Position numbers and translations under genes: made by a program
Part shown: positions 62,451 to 64,000 of the stretch, in pieces
Numbering within the stretch: the first letter of the stretch is position 1
Layout of the letters: each line of letters begins with the position of its first letter
NCBI RefSeq assembly: GCF_035084215.1
Contig: NC_090341.1
Span: 24,986,001 to 25,050,000 of the forward strand
DNA from: Heptranchias perlo
Lineage: Eukaryota
Direction: 5' to 3'
DNA: 64,000 bases
The notes under the pieces: generated by a model
What the model saw: the letters and a program-made list of their open reading frames with translations, nothing else
Database searches by the model: none
What the model was told of the DNA's origin: nothing

Positions 62451-63499
62451 AAGGCAACCAATCCGCTAACCCCTATTTTCCACCCCAACCGAAAGTCAAA
62501 ATCATGTTGTTAACTCATGGTGGTATGCACATGAGAATTATTTGTTGCAAGAACTCAAAGCAGTTGTAGATTTCTAATGAGCATAATGTACAGCTGCCAT
62601 CACTTAAATTGAAAGAAATTTAATGACATTTGGTCGTTACAAATTGTTGAAATCATAATTAATTTGAGCACTGGATCTCATTCCCTTGTTTCCAAGTTTC
62701 TTACCTTATTGTGATAGAAATGAACTGCAGAACTGGTTCTTTAAAGGGAAAGGAAAGTCTAGGGGAATACTTTTTAGTCAAGGTACTTGATATTTTACAA
62801 AAAAAATATACTCATGAATATGAAGTTTGATGTTTTCTTACCAGCATGGAGACCTATGAGTCAAGCCTTCCTTCCTGCTATGCCACTCTGGTGATGTCGC
62901 TGACAGGCGTAGCCTGTGTGTTCTAGAATGGTTCCTTAATAAACTGTGGGGCATATAACTTTGATCACCTAGGAATGATGAGAAAACTATGTTGTACAAC
63001 TTAAGCAACATAATTATCCCTAGTAATGTCTATAATTTGACTTAGTAATCTGTGTAGTCTGAACATTCTGCTTCCTACCACCTGATTTATGGCAGCACTC
63101 AGGTGAACAGGGGTAGTGATCTGTTATGACGGATTCCCGCCCACTTTTGCACTCACGTATGTTCCACCATCATTTCAAACATCCCATTTTCCATCATTAT
63201 TGTCTCAATTGCACCCAGTCATATTCTTACCCGTATAGGACAGATATCCAGGGTTGCTGATGCTAGAAAAAAGGTGGAAGTGGGTTTAAGGAGCCCAACA
63301 AGCACTTTTAAAAGATTTATGAAAACCTATTTCTCAGGCGATGCTGGTGATTTATTTATTTTTGTATTTGATAATTGGTTTACCACTTATCTTAGTGCAT
63401 TTTATTGCAGGGCTGTTATTTCGTCTTTCCTCTCCAGTTGTACAGAGGGTACAAAGGGTTTCCTGTTGAGAATTCCACTGTATCTTTGTTTTTTGAAGG

Positions 63500-63705
63500 A
63501 AGAAGAGAAGGAGCAAAGGAGGGATTCCAGGCTGGTCAGGCAGCACAAGAGGCAAATGGCACCCACTCATGAATGCCCCCACACCAAAATACAGACTGAT
63601 GCACTGCTACCTCCACTTGTAACACAAACCATGCTTGCAAAGGCTCCTGTGCTTTACAAAAAAAGCCATCAACAAGTTATGCCACATGTTACAATCCGAC
63701 CTAAG
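63500..63705 (+). pseudogene. Decayed Harbinger transposase N-terminal fragment
   Basis: [21 protein letters not shown] aligns with RRLRFTKEVVTEICQLVRPQL of the 21924 ORF. Confidence 0.55.
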
Positions 63706-63719
63706 CTCTACCTCCATGC

Positions 63720-64000
63720 AGGAGAAATGGGAGGAGAAGTGGAGAGGTTTAGGGAGGGAATTCAAGAGCATGGAACCTGGGCAGCTGAAAGCACTGCGGT
63801 AGTGGACTGGGAGCCAATGGGCGTCAGTGAGGACAGGGATGATGGGTAAGTGAGACTTGTTGAAGGATACCATAAGGGCAGCAGAGTTTTCAATGAGCTG
63901 AAGTTTATGGAGGGTGGAGAATGTAAGGCCAGTCAGAAAAGCATTGGAATAGTCAAGTCTGGAGGTGTCAAAAGCATGAATAAGGATTTCAGGAGGAGAT
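63720..64000 (-). mobile_element. L2 LINE fragment
   Basis: Similar to 26800-27190 (gagcattggaatagtc.agtctggaggtg; [13 protein letters not shown]). Confidence 0.85.

Noticed and set aside
63274-63849. 191-aa ORF as a novel gene
   Set aside because: It runs through a decayed Harbinger fragment and antisense L2 with no coherent domain.
56008-64000. Next CACNA2D3 exon (SFVIQQIPSSNL...)
   Set aside because: Not found by eye; presumably beyond the window end.

Overview
This is eukaryotic (vertebrate) DNA, not microbial. The repeat content (HER1-like CR1 LINEs, Deu-domain SacSINE1-like SINEs, GC-rich Harbinger elements) points to a shark or other elasmobranch. The whole window lies inside one large + strand gene, CACNA2D3 (voltage-gated calcium channel alpha2delta-3 subunit). 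I read eight short internal exons (62, 45, 63, 71, 76, 53, 56 and 112 nt, all AG/GT). They splice in frame to AVGIQMKLEFFQKKFWTASRQ...EGCH(K) and correspond roughly to human exons 28-35. The start and stop codons are outside the window. The rest is intron: nested CR1/L2 LINEs, SINEs, two large PIF/Harbinger elements with transposase and Myb-like ORF2 remnants, more than 15 Harbinger-like MITEs and two C-rich minisatellites. The most interesting signals are a probable Zisupton/KDZ transposase fossil, a Penelope-type hammerhead ribozyme palindrome split by a Harbinger insertion, a perfect 36-bp fold-back inside a SINE, and MITEs carrying a conserved hairpin plus splice-donor cassette that repeatedly sit about 50 bp downstream of exons. 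All family assignments come from motif recognition by eye; no searches were run. Most ORFs in the supplied track are antisense or TE shadows.
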